Position numbers and translations under genes: made by a program. 64,000 nt of DNA from the NCBI GenBank assembly GCA_003485325.1, contig DMZI01000065.1, positions 506 through 64,505 on the forward strand, read 5' to 3'. The notes beneath the pieces were generated by a model, which made no database searches, had not been told where the DNA came from, and saw only the letters and a program-made list of their open reading frames with translations. Source of the stretch: Desulfotomaculum sp. Its GTDB lineage: Bacteria; Bacillota; Desulfotomaculia; Desulfotomaculales; Nap2-2B. Position 1 is the first letter of the stretch. The number at the start of each line of letters is the position of its first letter. Below are positions 1 to 8,750 of this stretch, in pieces.

Positions 1-82
1 CGTTACCGATCAACAGGGCATGCTCGCTCACATATGTATCTTTGCCTATTTCAGGCTGCCTGCCGTCAAAACTGTAGAACAT
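1..82 (-). CDS. Gamma-carbonic-anhydrase-like / hexapeptide-repeat protein; only the first 27 codons are present and the gene runs off the left edge
   Basis: Minus-strand ATG at 80-82 follows a GGAGG-type RBS (RC of cccctcct, 87-94). The translation MFYSFDGRQPEIGKDTYVSEHALLIGN matches the typical N-terminus of the YrdA/PaaY gamma-CA-like family. Confidence 0.5.
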   Translation of the reverse strand, partial: MFYSFDGRQPEIGKDTYVSEHALLIGN

Positions 83-149
83 CCAACCCCTCCTGAGATA
101 TGACTATTCGCGTAACTATTCCTTAAAAACAATAAAACAGGTCCTTTTT

Positions 150-470
150 TATGTCAACAGTCAGGTAAACGTTATCAGATACTATCGATTTATGACGAAA
201 ATCAAGAAAAACTGTCGGGGGGAACATGGGGACGTCAGGCTGTGTAAAAACTATTTTTGGAAATTTATATTCCCACTTTACCCTCGGATAGTGGGGGATC
301 TTACAGACGGAAATTACTGCTTATGACTGGCGTTCAATCATTAGCTCACAGGAATTAAAAAATATCTTCAGGAACCCTATAAACTCCTTAGATTTCCAGT
401 AAAAAAGTATCGAGCCGTCATACAACGACAATATATATCAAAATTCGATAAAGGAAAATATGCCATTTTA
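150..470 (-). pseudogene. Decayed fragment of a second CMP-nonulosonate (acylneuraminate) cytidylyltransferase copy
   Basis: Positions 290-372 align by eye at about 80% identity with 2189-2270 inside the intact cytidylyltransferase gene. The minus-strand reading VPEDIF(+1 nt)NSCELMIERQS*AVISVCKIPH compares with SPEDIVNSCKLMIERQAQAVVSVCEISHH. It carries a frameshift and an in-frame TAA, and the flanks show weaker similarity. Confidence 0.55.
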
Positions 471-572
471 TCGAACAAGAACAAACAGTTGCGCAGGAAC
501 TTATAATTTTATTTATTCAGCCAGGCCACATATTTCTGCTAATTATGATTTAGTTATTCTATAGAAAGGATA

Positions 573-950
573 ATGAAAGTGTCTTTGGATTTACCGGATA
601 ATAAGAAAAAAGAGTCCTTAAGAACAGCGGAAATTAATCTTAAATTATCCGAATTCGAATTTCCGCCCATGCAAGATGTGTTGCTAATCGGCAGGAGGGC
701 TCCTATAGGGTCAGAGAGCGCCAGGAAAATGTCCGACGCTTTATCACCTGACCAATATGAAATAATTCCTCTTGAACATCAGTTTTTTGAAGCGGTTATA
801 GTAAGGAAATCATTGTTAACAATAATTCCCCGGGAAAAGCTTCTGCCGATTGTTCTGGAGGAAGGCGCAAAAATATCCCCTGAAAATTTAGTTTTAAAAG
901 TACATGTCAGTGTGGCTGTAAATGTAAATAAAGTGGTGGATTTAGATTGA
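573..950 (+). CDS. Hypothetical protein (125 aa), apparently translationally coupled to the downstream CBS-GGDEF gene
   Basis: ORF with a gaaagga RBS-like element before the ATG. Its stop overlaps the TTG start region of the next ORF (TTGA at 947-950). No family was recognised. Confidence 0.4.
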   Translation: MKVSLDLPDNKKKESLRTAEINLKLSEFEFPPMQDVLLIGRRAPIGSESARKMSDALSPDQYEIIPLEHQFFEAVIVRKSLLTIIPREKLLPIVLEEGAKISPENLVLKVHVSVAVNVNKVVDLD

Positions 951-1810
951 TCAATATCAGTGAGATTATGGAGAATAACCCTGTAACAATATCTCCTTAC
1001 GTCAGCGTAAAATGGGCCTGCGAGATCATGGAAAAGCACAGATTTGGCGGATTACCGGTAGTTAATGACGGATTAATAGTTGGTATTTTAACCTCAAGGG
1101 ATGTGAGAAGATGCCATCCCAACAGGCTTGTAGCTGATGCTATGATAAAAAATGTTCTGACCTTATCGCCAGAAACTTCACTTTGGGAAGCTAGAGAATT
1201 TATAGAAACCAATTGTATTGAACATCTCTTGATTGCAAACGAATCCAAGCTTTTAGGTATAATAACAAAATCATTACTCAATTTGGAGTTTGGGAAACAA
1301 GTTGATACTCTAACAGGATTGTACCGTTCCGATTATCTATATTACATGGCAGCTAGGCTCTTGAAAGAGGGAATTGAAATTGCCGTTCTATTTATTGACT
1401 TAGATGATTTCGGAGTAATAGATAAAGAGAGGGGTCATGTTACCGGGGATATAATTTTAAAACAGGTGGCGGAAGCATTTAAAGAAGTAGTTGATGATAA
1501 TAAAGATTATTTGTGCCGCTATGCAGGCGACGAGTTTGCTATTGTTACTTCAAGTTGCTTGAAAGATGTTCGAAAACTTGGAGTTATACTTTTAGATTTG
1601 TTAACCAAACAACAATGGCCGAACGGAATAAATCTAAATGCTTCAATAGGAATAGCAGGCGGAAGGAGAGGGCAGCTGCGTCCGGGTGATGAACGGCGTA
1701 CTGTGAGCGAGTTGATCAACCTGGCAAGCCTGGGTTCGGCGAGAGCTAAAAAAAATAATGCGCGAATAGTTTTTGTGGGACAGGTAGAAGTAATAGAAGA
1801 TGAGATATAA
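947..1810 (+). CDS. CBS-pair domain diguanylate cyclase (GGDEF family, active-site pentapeptide AGDEF)
   Basis: N-terminal CBS repeats (GGLPVVNDGLIVGILTSRDV; HLLIANESKLLGIITKS) precede a GGDEF domain (LTGLYRSDYL, LFIDLDDFGVIDKERGHVTGD, CRYAGDEFAI). No RxxD I-site lies 5 residues upstream. An alternative ATG start is at 968. Confidence 0.85.
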   Translation: MINISEIMENNPVTISPYVSVKWACEIMEKHRFGGLPVVNDGLIVGILTSRDVRRCHPNRLVADAMIKNVLTLSPETSLWEAREFIETNCIEHLLIANESKLLGIITKSLLNLEFGKQVDTLTGLYRSDYLYYMAARLLKEGIEIAVLFIDLDDFGVIDKERGHVTGDIILKQVAEAFKEVVDDNKDYLCRYAGDEFAIVTSSCLKDVRKLGVILLDLLTKQQWPNGINLNASIGIAGGRRGQLRPGDERRTVSELINLASLGSARAKKNNARIVFVGQVEVIEDEI

Positions 1811-1907
1811 AGAGCGGGGGAAGATTGGGTACATACACTTTGCTTAATTGTTTAAGCCTTAAATTATAACTGAAGCATGGAGAAGCATGGGAGAAGCAAG
1901 GGGACGT

Positions 1908-2621
1908 TCATTTTGCTTCCTTATTGTTTCCTCTTTCCAATAAAACCTCGGCCAGAGCAAAGTCCAGCAAGGTGTCTATGTCTACCGAGCGTTCCCTGGG
2001 CATGACATAGGCGTAAGTTTGCGGTCCGTAGAAGGAGTCGTTGTTGAGAAAATAGTCCCATTGGATCAGGTAGACGGCGCCGTTTAATTGATAAAACGCA
2101 GGAAGCTGCTGGCGGGGCTGATTTGCCTCGGGACGGATGAAATGTTCCAGGCAGTGGTCATCCGGAAGGGTGTTGCTCAACCACGGGTGGTGGGAGATTT
2201 CGCAGACGGAGACTACCGCTTGGGCTTGGCGTTCAATCATCAGCTTGCAGGAATTAACGATATCTTCAGGGGAGCGCAGAGGGCTGGTTGGCTGAAGGAT
2301 GGCCACCCAGTCATATTTTTCTCCCCGGTCTTCGCACCAGGCCATGGCATGCCGCAGCACATCGCTGCTTTTGGCGCTGTCCGTAGCCAGTTCGGCAGGC
2401 CTTAAAAAAGGCGCTGCCGCCCCCGCTGAAAGCGAAGCTGCCGCTATATCTTCGCCGTCGGTGGAAACAAGCAGAAAATCAAAAACGCAGCTGGCCTGGG
2501 CGGCTTCAATTGTATAAGCGATAAGCGGTTTGCCGGCCAGGGGCTTGATGTTTTTTCCCGGTACCCCTTTTGATCCCGCACGGGCGGGGATAATTCCGAG
2601 GATCTTTTTACCCTGGTACAC
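1908..2621 (-). CDS. legF: CMP-legionaminic/N-acylneuraminate cytidylyltransferase (NeuA/LegF family)
   Basis: KKILGIIPARAGSKGVPGKNIKPLAGKPLIAYTI is the CMP-NeuAc-synthetase N-terminal motif, and LQPTSPLR is present. I place the start at GTG 2621 (RBS ggggtg, 4 nt after the ptmE stop). The ORF is open up to 2696. Confidence 0.85.
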   Translation of the reverse strand: MYQGKKILGIIPARAGSKGVPGKNIKPLAGKPLIAYTIEAAQASCVFDFLLVSTDGEDIAAASLSAGAAAPFLRPAELATDSAKSSDVLRHAMAWCEDRGEKYDWVAILQPTSPLRSPEDIVNSCKLMIERQAQAVVSVCEISHHPWLSNTLPDDHCLEHFIRPEANQPRQQLPAFYQLNGAVYLIQWDYFLNNDSFYGPQTYAYVMPRERSVDIDTLLDFALAEVLLERGNNKEAK

Positions 2622-2625
2622 TTGA

Positions 2626-3717
2626 TCACCCCGTAAGCTCGAAAGCCCGCAGAGTCTGGCGGTATTCTTCCCACTGCCCGATGTCAAACCATTCACCGTG
2701 GTGGGGGAAAACTCCTACTTTCAGACCCTTTTCCTTGGCCAGGTCGATCAGATCAGGCATTTGCAGGACTTTTCCCTTTGAAACAAGGCCCAGGACCTCC
2801 GGTTCCAGGACATAAACCCCGCTGTTGACCAGGAAGTGGAAGTTCGGTTTCTCGTTGATATTTTGAAGGCTGTCGTCGTCGACCTTTAAGACACCGTAAG
2901 GTATGGTAAATTTTCGCAATGCTCCGAGGATAGTCAGGGAGTTTCCATGCTCGCGGTGATATCTCAAGAGTTCGCCGTAATCTGTTTCCACTATAATGTC
3001 ACAGTTGGAAACAATAAAAGTCTCATCAAAATCCCCGTTTAACAGCCCCAGGGCGCCTGCTGTGCCCAGAGGCTCTTTTTCCTGGACAAAGCCTATCTTA
3101 TATTTACAGCCGTTGTTTTCAGCGAAGTAAAGCCGCACTATGTCCGCTTTATAGCCCAGGCTGATCGTGAAATCAGCGAAGCCCTGGCCGTGGAATTTTT
3201 CCATAATTACTTCGACGATAGGCTTGTCGCCGAGAGGGATCATTGGTTTGGGCAGTATTTTTGTGAACGGGTCCAGCCGCTTGCCCATCCCGCCGGCCAT
3301 GATAATCACCTTTTCCGTTCTTTTTTCCCTGCGGTTTCCGAAGACGTCCCGGCAGAGGAGAAGGTCGACTACCCGCTGCTGGTCGTCAAGAAGCGGGACA
3401 TGCCGGATGTCGTGGTCGAGCATCAGTTTGCGGACAATGCCCAGGTCGGTCCCGGTTTTAACGGTTTTAGGGTTCTTGCCCATGATTTCGCTCAGGCTGA
3501 CATCCATGTTGACGCCGCGCAGAAGAGCCCGGCGGATGTCCCCGTCGGTGATTATCCCCACCAGGCGCCGTTCGCGATCGGTAACCAGGAGCACCTGCAT
3601 ACCTGCCTTATCCATGCGCGGCAGGGCTTCGGAAAGCTTTTCCTCCGGCAGGGCGGTAATCTTTTTTAAATCCCTCTTATGCCAGGCCACATATGCACCT
3701 TCTCTCGAAATCTTCAA
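2626..3717 (-). CDS. ptmE: CBS-domain sugar-1-phosphate nucleotidyltransferase (PtmE-like, GDP-GlcNAc-forming step of legionaminic acid synthesis)
   Basis: An N-terminal CBS pair (LLVTDRERRLVGIITDGDIRR; HVPLLDDQQRVVDLL) is fused to an NTP-transferase fold (VIIMAGGMGKRLDPFTKILPKPMIPLG). This is the same architecture as Campylobacter PtmE. Confidence 0.75.
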   Translation of the reverse strand: MKISREGAYVAWHKRDLKKITALPEEKLSEALPRMDKAGMQVLLVTDRERRLVGIITDGDIRRALLRGVNMDVSLSEIMGKNPKTVKTGTDLGIVRKLMLDHDIRHVPLLDDQQRVVDLLLCRDVFGNRREKRTEKVIIMAGGMGKRLDPFTKILPKPMIPLGDKPIVEVIMEKFHGQGFADFTISLGYKADIVRLYFAENNGCKYKIGFVQEKEPLGTAGALGLLNGDFDETFIVSNCDIIVETDYGELLRYHREHGNSLTILGALRKFTIPYGVLKVDDDSLQNINEKPNFHFLVNSGVYVLEPEVLGLVSKGKVLQMPDLIDLAKEKGLKVGVFPHHGEWFDIGQWEEYRQTLRAFELTG

Positions 3718-4732
3718 TCATTTCCCAGGTTAGAACTGTTTCCGCCGGTATATCGACGGACGCTCTACGCCCGATTATAGAATCCCAGAACATTGGCGAT
3801 ATTCCCGTTCCCGGCCGTTTTGCCGCCAGGCAGTCTTCGGTAATTCTTTCGCCAGCCGGGATGTTTTTGCTGGAAACTATACTGCTTCTGGCTGCGGCAG
3901 CGATCTTTATTTCATCGGAAACCGGGGCTTTCAAACCGTTTCCAAAGCTTTTTTCCACCAGGCGGATAATTTCCACCATATTATTTAATTCGTCCGGTTC
4001 CAGGGAACATTTATGGTCAGGGCCCTCCATTTTGCGGTTTAATGTAAAATGTTTTTCAATTACTTCGGCCCCCATAGCAACCGCAGCAATAGAGACGGCG
4101 TACCCCATGGTGTGATCTGAATAACCCACGGGAAGACCGAATGCCTGTTTGAGGGTAAGCATCGCTTTTAAGTTGACTTCTTCTGGAGGTGTTGGGTAAT
4201 TGGATGTGCAGTGCAGCAAAGTAATTTCCCCGGCGCCCGAACTATTAAGTATTTGAACGGCCTTTCCGACTTCCTCCAAAGTTGACATTCCCGTAGAAAG
4301 AATGACTTTCTTTCTTTTTCCGCCGATTCGCCGCAGCAAGGGCAGATTGGTTATTTCTCCAGAAGGAATCTTAAAACAGTCCAGGTTTAACTCGTCTAAA
4401 AAATTAACGCTTTCCAGGTCAAAAGGGGAAGAAAGGAAAGCAATCCGGCGCCGGTCGCAGTACTCTTTCAGTTTTCTGAAATCATCAAAACTAAGCTCGA
4501 GTTTTTTAATCATCTCCAGCTGGCTTTCAAATTTATGGGGCATATTTTTTTGCTGGTATAGAGCCCTTTCGGCGAAGGAAGTGACTATTCTTTCGGCTTT
4601 AAAGGTTTGAAATTTAACCGCATCCGCTCCGCTTTTACAGGCAAGATCAACCATCTGCATGGCCAGGTCCAGGCTGCCGTTATGGTTAACGCCTACTTCG
4701 GCGATTATAAAAACCCTGCTGTTTCCTGTCAT
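3677..4732 (-). CDS. legI: N-acetylneuraminate-synthase family enzyme (NeuB/LegI), legionaminic acid synthase by context
   Basis: FIIAEVGVNHNGSLDLAMQMVDLACKSGADAVKFQTF is the NeuB signature, and a C-terminal SAF-like domain is present. Confidence 0.9.
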   Translation of the reverse strand: MTGNSRVFIIAEVGVNHNGSLDLAMQMVDLACKSGADAVKFQTFKAERIVTSFAERALYQQKNMPHKFESQLEMIKKLELSFDDFRKLKEYCDRRRIAFLSSPFDLESVNFLDELNLDCFKIPSGEITNLPLLRRIGGKRKKVILSTGMSTLEEVGKAVQILNSSGAGEITLLHCTSNYPTPPEEVNLKAMLTLKQAFGLPVGYSDHTMGYAVSIAAVAMGAEVIEKHFTLNRKMEGPDHKCSLEPDELNNMVEIIRLVEKSFGNGLKAPVSDEIKIAAAARSSIVSSKNIPAGERITEDCLAAKRPGTGISPMFWDSIIGRRASVDIPAETVLTWEMIEDFERRCICGLA

Positions 4733-5925
4733 TATTGAAGATTCACCTCACCGGGCCCTGGAAAATCAAGGCGCTTTTCTAAAAGAGTTTTTCCAAGCGG
4801 AATCTGTTCAAGTACGCTGACTATTTTTTCACTTGCCTTTCCGTCCCCAAAAGGATCGTAAGGGTTGACTGTGTTAGGAAGACGGGCGCGAAATACCGGG
4901 TCGTACAAAACCTTTCTCAGGCCTTTAACAATGTCTTCCTTGCGGCAGTTTACGTCCAGGACGCTTTCCGACCTGATCCTGCCCTTCTGACGATCGCCTA
5001 TATTGACGGTTGGGACGTGAAAGCTGGGCGCTTCGATAATACCGCTCGAGGAATTGCCCACCACCGCTGAAGCAATCCGCATCAACCCGAGGTAACCCCG
5101 GGAACCAAGGCTTGGTTTGAGCAACACGTTGTTTTTGTCCGAAGCGTAATCCTGCCAGATCTGAACTACCGCCTGATAGCCTGCTTCCATGCCAGGGTAG
5201 GTAATAACCTGCTGGTATTCCTGGAATTGTTCCAGGGCAAGTACAAGTTCTTTAGCCTGAGTCCTTGTATTATTTTTACCGGTAAGGGTTTCAGGGTGAA
5301 AAGTGACCAGCAGGGTAGGCATTTCGGGATCTATGCCGAAGCCATTTTTTATTTCTGACGGTGAGAGATAATCAGAAGCGTAGATGTTTTCAATTCCGGT
5401 AGAGCCGACAACGTGGATCCGCCATGCTTCCTCGCCCATTTGCCTGATCCTCCGCCCGTATTCCCATGAGGAAGCAAAGTGAAGGTGGGCCATCTTTGTC
5501 AGGGCATGGCGTACTTGTTCGTCAAGCGCCCCCTCGGTTGATTCGCCGCCGGCGATGTGGACGATCGGCACTCTGTATATCAGGGCGCAGGCAGCGGGGG
5601 CAAGAAGTTCGTAACGGTCTCCCAGAAGGAGCAAAAAATCGGGTTGGTATTTCCCGATTAACGCAGCCATTTTAACTGTCGCTTCGCCGAAAGACCTGGC
5701 GATGGATTCATGATTATCGGAAGCGAGCGTGAAGGGGACAGTTTCAGAAACGTCAAACCGGTCTATTTTTATGTCCGAAATTGTACTACCCTTGTATGAG
5801 GCCAGATGATCGCCGGATGCGACCAGGATAAGCTCCAGGCCCGGGTTGTCTGAAATCCTTTTCAGGACCGGTTTTAACAGGCCGTAATCAGCCCTTGTTG
5901 AAGAAAAGGCTATTATTCTGCGCAA
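4732..5925 (-). CDS. legG: Hydrolysing UDP/GDP-N-acetylglucosamine-type 2-epimerase (NeuC/LegG family)
   Basis: 397 aa of the NeuC-type epimerase_2 family (RADYGLLKPVL, HIAGGE, FHPETL, GNSSSGIIEAPSF). Confidence 0.9.
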   Translation of the reverse strand: MRRIIAFSSTRADYGLLKPVLKRISDNPGLELILVASGDHLASYKGSTISDIKIDRFDVSETVPFTLASDNHESIARSFGEATVKMAALIGKYQPDFLLLLGDRYELLAPAACALIYRVPIVHIAGGESTEGALDEQVRHALTKMAHLHFASSWEYGRRIRQMGEEAWRIHVVGSTGIENIYASDYLSPSEIKNGFGIDPEMPTLLVTFHPETLTGKNNTRTQAKELVLALEQFQEYQQVITYPGMEAGYQAVVQIWQDYASDKNNVLLKPSLGSRGYLGLMRIASAVVGNSSSGIIEAPSFHVPTVNIGDRQKGRIRSESVLDVNCRKEDIVKGLRKVLYDPVFRARLPNTVNPYDPFGDGKASEKIVSVLEQIPLGKTLLEKRLDFPGPGEVNLQ

Positions 5926-6587
5926 ACTGCCTTAACACCTCGGGAAGGATTCTTGACGATTACAGCAGGGTTTCCATATGCGGCAACACCGGAAGGTATG
6001 TCCCTGGTAACAACTGCCCCGGCGCCGATCAGGGCGCCTTCTCCGATAGTGATCCCTTGGATTATCCGTGCGCCTGCTCCGATAAACGCTTTTTCCTTAA
6101 CTTTTACGTTTCCGCAAAGAACGGCGCCCGGACCGACCTGGACCGAATGTCCAATCAAGCAGTCGTGTTCGACTATAGCCCCGGAATTAATGATCACATT
6201 TTCTTCTATAACAGCGCAGGGGTTGATAATTGACCCGGCCATTACCACTGTCGCCGGACCGAGTCTTGCAGCCCGTGAGACTATTGAGTCCGGGTGCTTG
6301 AAAACGGGAAATACAAAACCTTTGGACAGGCAGTATTCATAAAGGGTCTTTCTTTTCAGGTTGTTAAAACCCGCCATGCCCATGGCGGCATGTTTGAGGA
6401 ATTTATCAGGAAGGTTTGCAAGAATGCTGTCATTACCGAGATAGGGTATCTCATATCTTGTCAGGATATTATCTGGTTGAGGGTCAACGCAGCCGACCGG
6501 CTTGAATTTCTTCGTCAGAAGGATTATTTCAACGACCACCCTTGCGTGGCAACCAGCCCCAACAATAACAACCGGTTTTTTATCCAT
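5913..6587 (-). CDS. legH: Hexapeptide-repeat sugar N-acetyltransferase (NeuD/PglD/LegH family)
   Basis: An N-terminal Rossmann-like PVVIVGAGCHARVV is followed by left-handed beta-helix repeats (IGHSVQVGPGAVLCGNVKVKEKAFIGAGARIIQGITIGEGALIGAGAVV). The start is placed at ATG 6587 (AGGAG plus 6 nt); the ORF is open to 6638. Confidence 0.8.
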   Translation of the reverse strand: MDKKPVVIVGAGCHARVVVEIILLTKKFKPVGCVDPQPDNILTRYEIPYLGNDSILANLPDKFLKHAAMGMAGFNNLKRKTLYEYCLSKGFVFPVFKHPDSIVSRAARLGPATVVMAGSIINPCAVIEENVIINSGAIVEHDCLIGHSVQVGPGAVLCGNVKVKEKAFIGAGARIIQGITIGEGALIGAGAVVTRDIPSGVAAYGNPAVIVKNPSRGVKAVCAE

Positions 6588-7725
6588 AGGCATCTCCTGA
6601 TATATTGTTGGTTTTCGAAATATGGCCAATCGTATCACAGACTTTCCTTATTGATTCTTCAGTTAAAAAAGTGGCGCTGGGCAGATTTATACCCCTATTA
6701 TATAATTCGTCGGCAATACTGTTTTTCTGTAGGCCCATTTCTGAAAAACATGGCTGCCTGTGCATTGGAATAAAAAACGGCCTGACTTGTATGCCCTGGG
6801 AAACAAGCCTTTTCATAAGCGCTGTTTTTTCTTCTCCGAATTTTTCAGGGTCAATTAATATTGACGAGAGCCACCAGCTGCTCCGGGCATCCTGGAGCTC
6901 TTTCTGGAATTTTAAGCCGGGGAGGGAGCCGAGCAGTTGATGGTACATATTAGATATATTTTTTTTGGCTTTTAAAAATTGAGGCAGGCGTTCCAACTGG
7001 GCCAGTCCAAGCGCCGCCTGCAGGTTGGTCAGGCGGTAGTTATAGCCGATTTCACTGTGCAGATATTCTATCTGCTCTCTTTCCCTGCCTTGGTTGACTA
7101 AAAGCCTGGCCCGCTCTGCAATTTTTGAATCGGCAGTAACAATCATCCCGCCGCTGCCGGTTGTTATAACCTTGTTTCCGTTAAAGCTAAATACCCCGAT
7201 ATGCCCGAAAGTGCCTGTCATTTTTCCGCAAAAAGTTGCTCCCAGGGATTCCGCAGCGTCCTCGATGACGTATAACCCATGACTGTTGGCCAGATCGCAG
7301 ATGGAATTCAGATGAGCGGGGTTTCCGTAAAGGTGAACCGGTATAATGGCTTTGGTGCGCGGGGTTAGAGCATCTTTAATTTTAACAGGATCCAGTGTCC
7401 ACGTATCCGGTGTAACATCTACAACTACAGGCGTGGCCCCGACATAAGTGACAGGGTTGACCGTGGCTACAAACGTCAGAGAGGGAACGATTACTTCGTC
7501 TCCCGGGCCGATTTCCAAGAGCCGCAAGGCCAGGTGAAGACCGCAGGTGCCGCTGGATACCGCTACGGCATGTTTTGCCGAAACAAAAGCGCCAAAACGA
7601 GATTCAAATTCTGCAATCAAAGGTCCGGAACTGGAAACGAACCCACTGTCTATAGCTTCAAGCAAATATTTTTTTTCCAGTTCACCGATATTAGGCCAGT
7701 CAAGCGGAATTTTAATCTCATTCAA
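6580..7725 (-). CDS. legC: DegT/DnrJ/EryC1-type PLP aminotransferase (LegC/PglE-like)
   Basis: This is the DegT family: SSGTCGLHLAL, DAAESLGA, and FSFNGNKVITTGSGGMIVT carrying the PLP lysine. Confidence 0.85.
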   Translation of the reverse strand: MNEIKIPLDWPNIGELEKKYLLEAIDSGFVSSSGPLIAEFESRFGAFVSAKHAVAVSSGTCGLHLALRLLEIGPGDEVIVPSLTFVATVNPVTYVGATPVVVDVTPDTWTLDPVKIKDALTPRTKAIIPVHLYGNPAHLNSICDLANSHGLYVIEDAAESLGATFCGKMTGTFGHIGVFSFNGNKVITTGSGGMIVTADSKIAERARLLVNQGREREQIEYLHSEIGYNYRLTNLQAALGLAQLERLPQFLKAKKNISNMYHQLLGSLPGLKFQKELQDARSSWWLSSILIDPEKFGEEKTALMKRLVSQGIQVRPFFIPMHRQPCFSEMGLQKNSIADELYNRGINLPSATFLTEESIRKVCDTIGHISKTNNISGDAYG

Positions 7726-7754
7726 AAAAAGTCCCTCCTGTTGGCGTGTTTATT

Positions 7755-8726
7755 TTAAACGGTATACTGACTTGATTTATACAGCCGGGTGTTTTGCGCA
7801 AACCATTCGATTGTTTTCCCAAGTCCTTCTTCCAGGGTGAACTGCGGTTTCCAGCCTGTTAGGGCAACCGCCTTTTTGTTGTTACAAAGCAACCTTTCAA
7901 CTTCGCTGGCTGCCGGCCTTATTCTTGGGGGGTCAATTTTTATTTCTATTTTTATACCGGAGATATTTTGAATAAGCTTAATAAGGTCCCCGATTGAGAT
8001 TTCACTGCCGCTGCCCAGGTTGACTATTTCTCCCACACATTTTTCTGAAAATCCCACGCTGATGATGCCTTTTACTGTGTCACTGACAAAGTTTAAGTCC
8101 CTGGTAGGTGTGAGGCTTCCCAGGCGGACTGTTTTTTCTTCACTAAGAATCTGGGTAATGATTGTCGGTACAATAGCGCGGGTGGACTGCCGCGGGCCAA
8201 AGGTGTTGAAAGGCCTTGCCACAGCAACGGGAAGGCCGAATGACCGGTAGTAGCTTAAAGCCAGCTGGTCGGCGGCGATCTTCGTAGCGGCGTAGGGAGA
8301 CTGGGCCTGCAACGGGTGCCTTTCATCTATGGGCACATATCTGGCTGTTCCGTAAACCTCGGAAGTTGAGGTAACAATTACTCTTTTTATGCCCAGCTCC
8401 ACAGCAGCCTGACATATGTTGTAGGTGCCTTCAAGGTTGGTTTTAATATATGCAAGAGGTGATATATAAGAGTAGGGGATACCTATTAAGGCAGCCAGGT
8501 GGAAAACAAGATCAACTTCCTGCAAACAGTTTTTCATACTGTCATAATCCCTGACATTGCCGGTAACGATTTCCATGCTGCCAATTAAGGGGCTGTTTTC
8601 CAGCCACCCCCAGCTGTTGCGGGAGTTGTAACGAATTAAGGCTCTTACATTGTGCCCCTGATCAACTAACTCTTCGCACAAGTGAGAGCCTATAAAACCG
8701 CCTGCTCCGGTAACCAGGATTCTCAA
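7755..8726 (-). CDS. legB: NAD-dependent sugar-nucleotide 4,6-dehydratase (LegB/RmlB-like SDR)
   Basis: MRILVTGAGGFIGSHL Rossmann motif and SPYAATKIAADQL (YxxxK) are present. It is the first gene of the sugar pathway, after maf. Confidence 0.8.
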   Translation of the reverse strand: MRILVTGAGGFIGSHLCEELVDQGHNVRALIRYNSRNSWGWLENSPLIGSMEIVTGNVRDYDSMKNCLQEVDLVFHLAALIGIPYSYISPLAYIKTNLEGTYNICQAAVELGIKRVIVTSTSEVYGTARYVPIDERHPLQAQSPYAATKIAADQLALSYYRSFGLPVAVARPFNTFGPRQSTRAIVPTIITQILSEEKTVRLGSLTPTRDLNFVSDTVKGIISVGFSEKCVGEIVNLGSGSEISIGDLIKLIQNISGIKIEIKIDPPRIRPAASEVERLLCNNKKAVALTGWKPQFTLEEGLGKTIEWFAQNTRLYKSSQYTV

Positions 8727-8750
8727 AGAAAAAATGCTCCTTTCTATTTT

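Noticed and set aside
444-475. Perfect 9-bp inverted repeat TTCGATAAA-N14-TTTATCGAA about 100 nt upstream of ORF573. It was considered as an operator.
   Set aside because: It lies inside the decayed cytidylyltransferase fragment in AT-rich sequence. Several 9-bp inverted repeats with short spacers are expected by chance in 64 kb, and there is no second copy or partner regulator.
1872-1900. Short tandem gaagcatgg/agaagcatgg/gagaagcaag between the convergent GGDEF and legF genes. The window was also checked for CRISPR-like arrays.
   Set aside because: There are only about three imperfect 9-10-nt units with no spacers. Nothing resembling a CRISPR repeat-spacer array exists anywhere in the window.
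3167-3733. Long plus-strand ORFs (188 and 159 aa) antisense to the PtmE-like gene. Similar cases lie at 2088-2517, 3693-4115 and 5953-6342, opposite the other sugar genes.
   Set aside because: These are shadow ORFs in GC-richer coding sequence. Their translations are Arg/Ser/Pro-rich and low in complexity, with no RBS, while the opposite strand carries unmistakable enzyme motifs.
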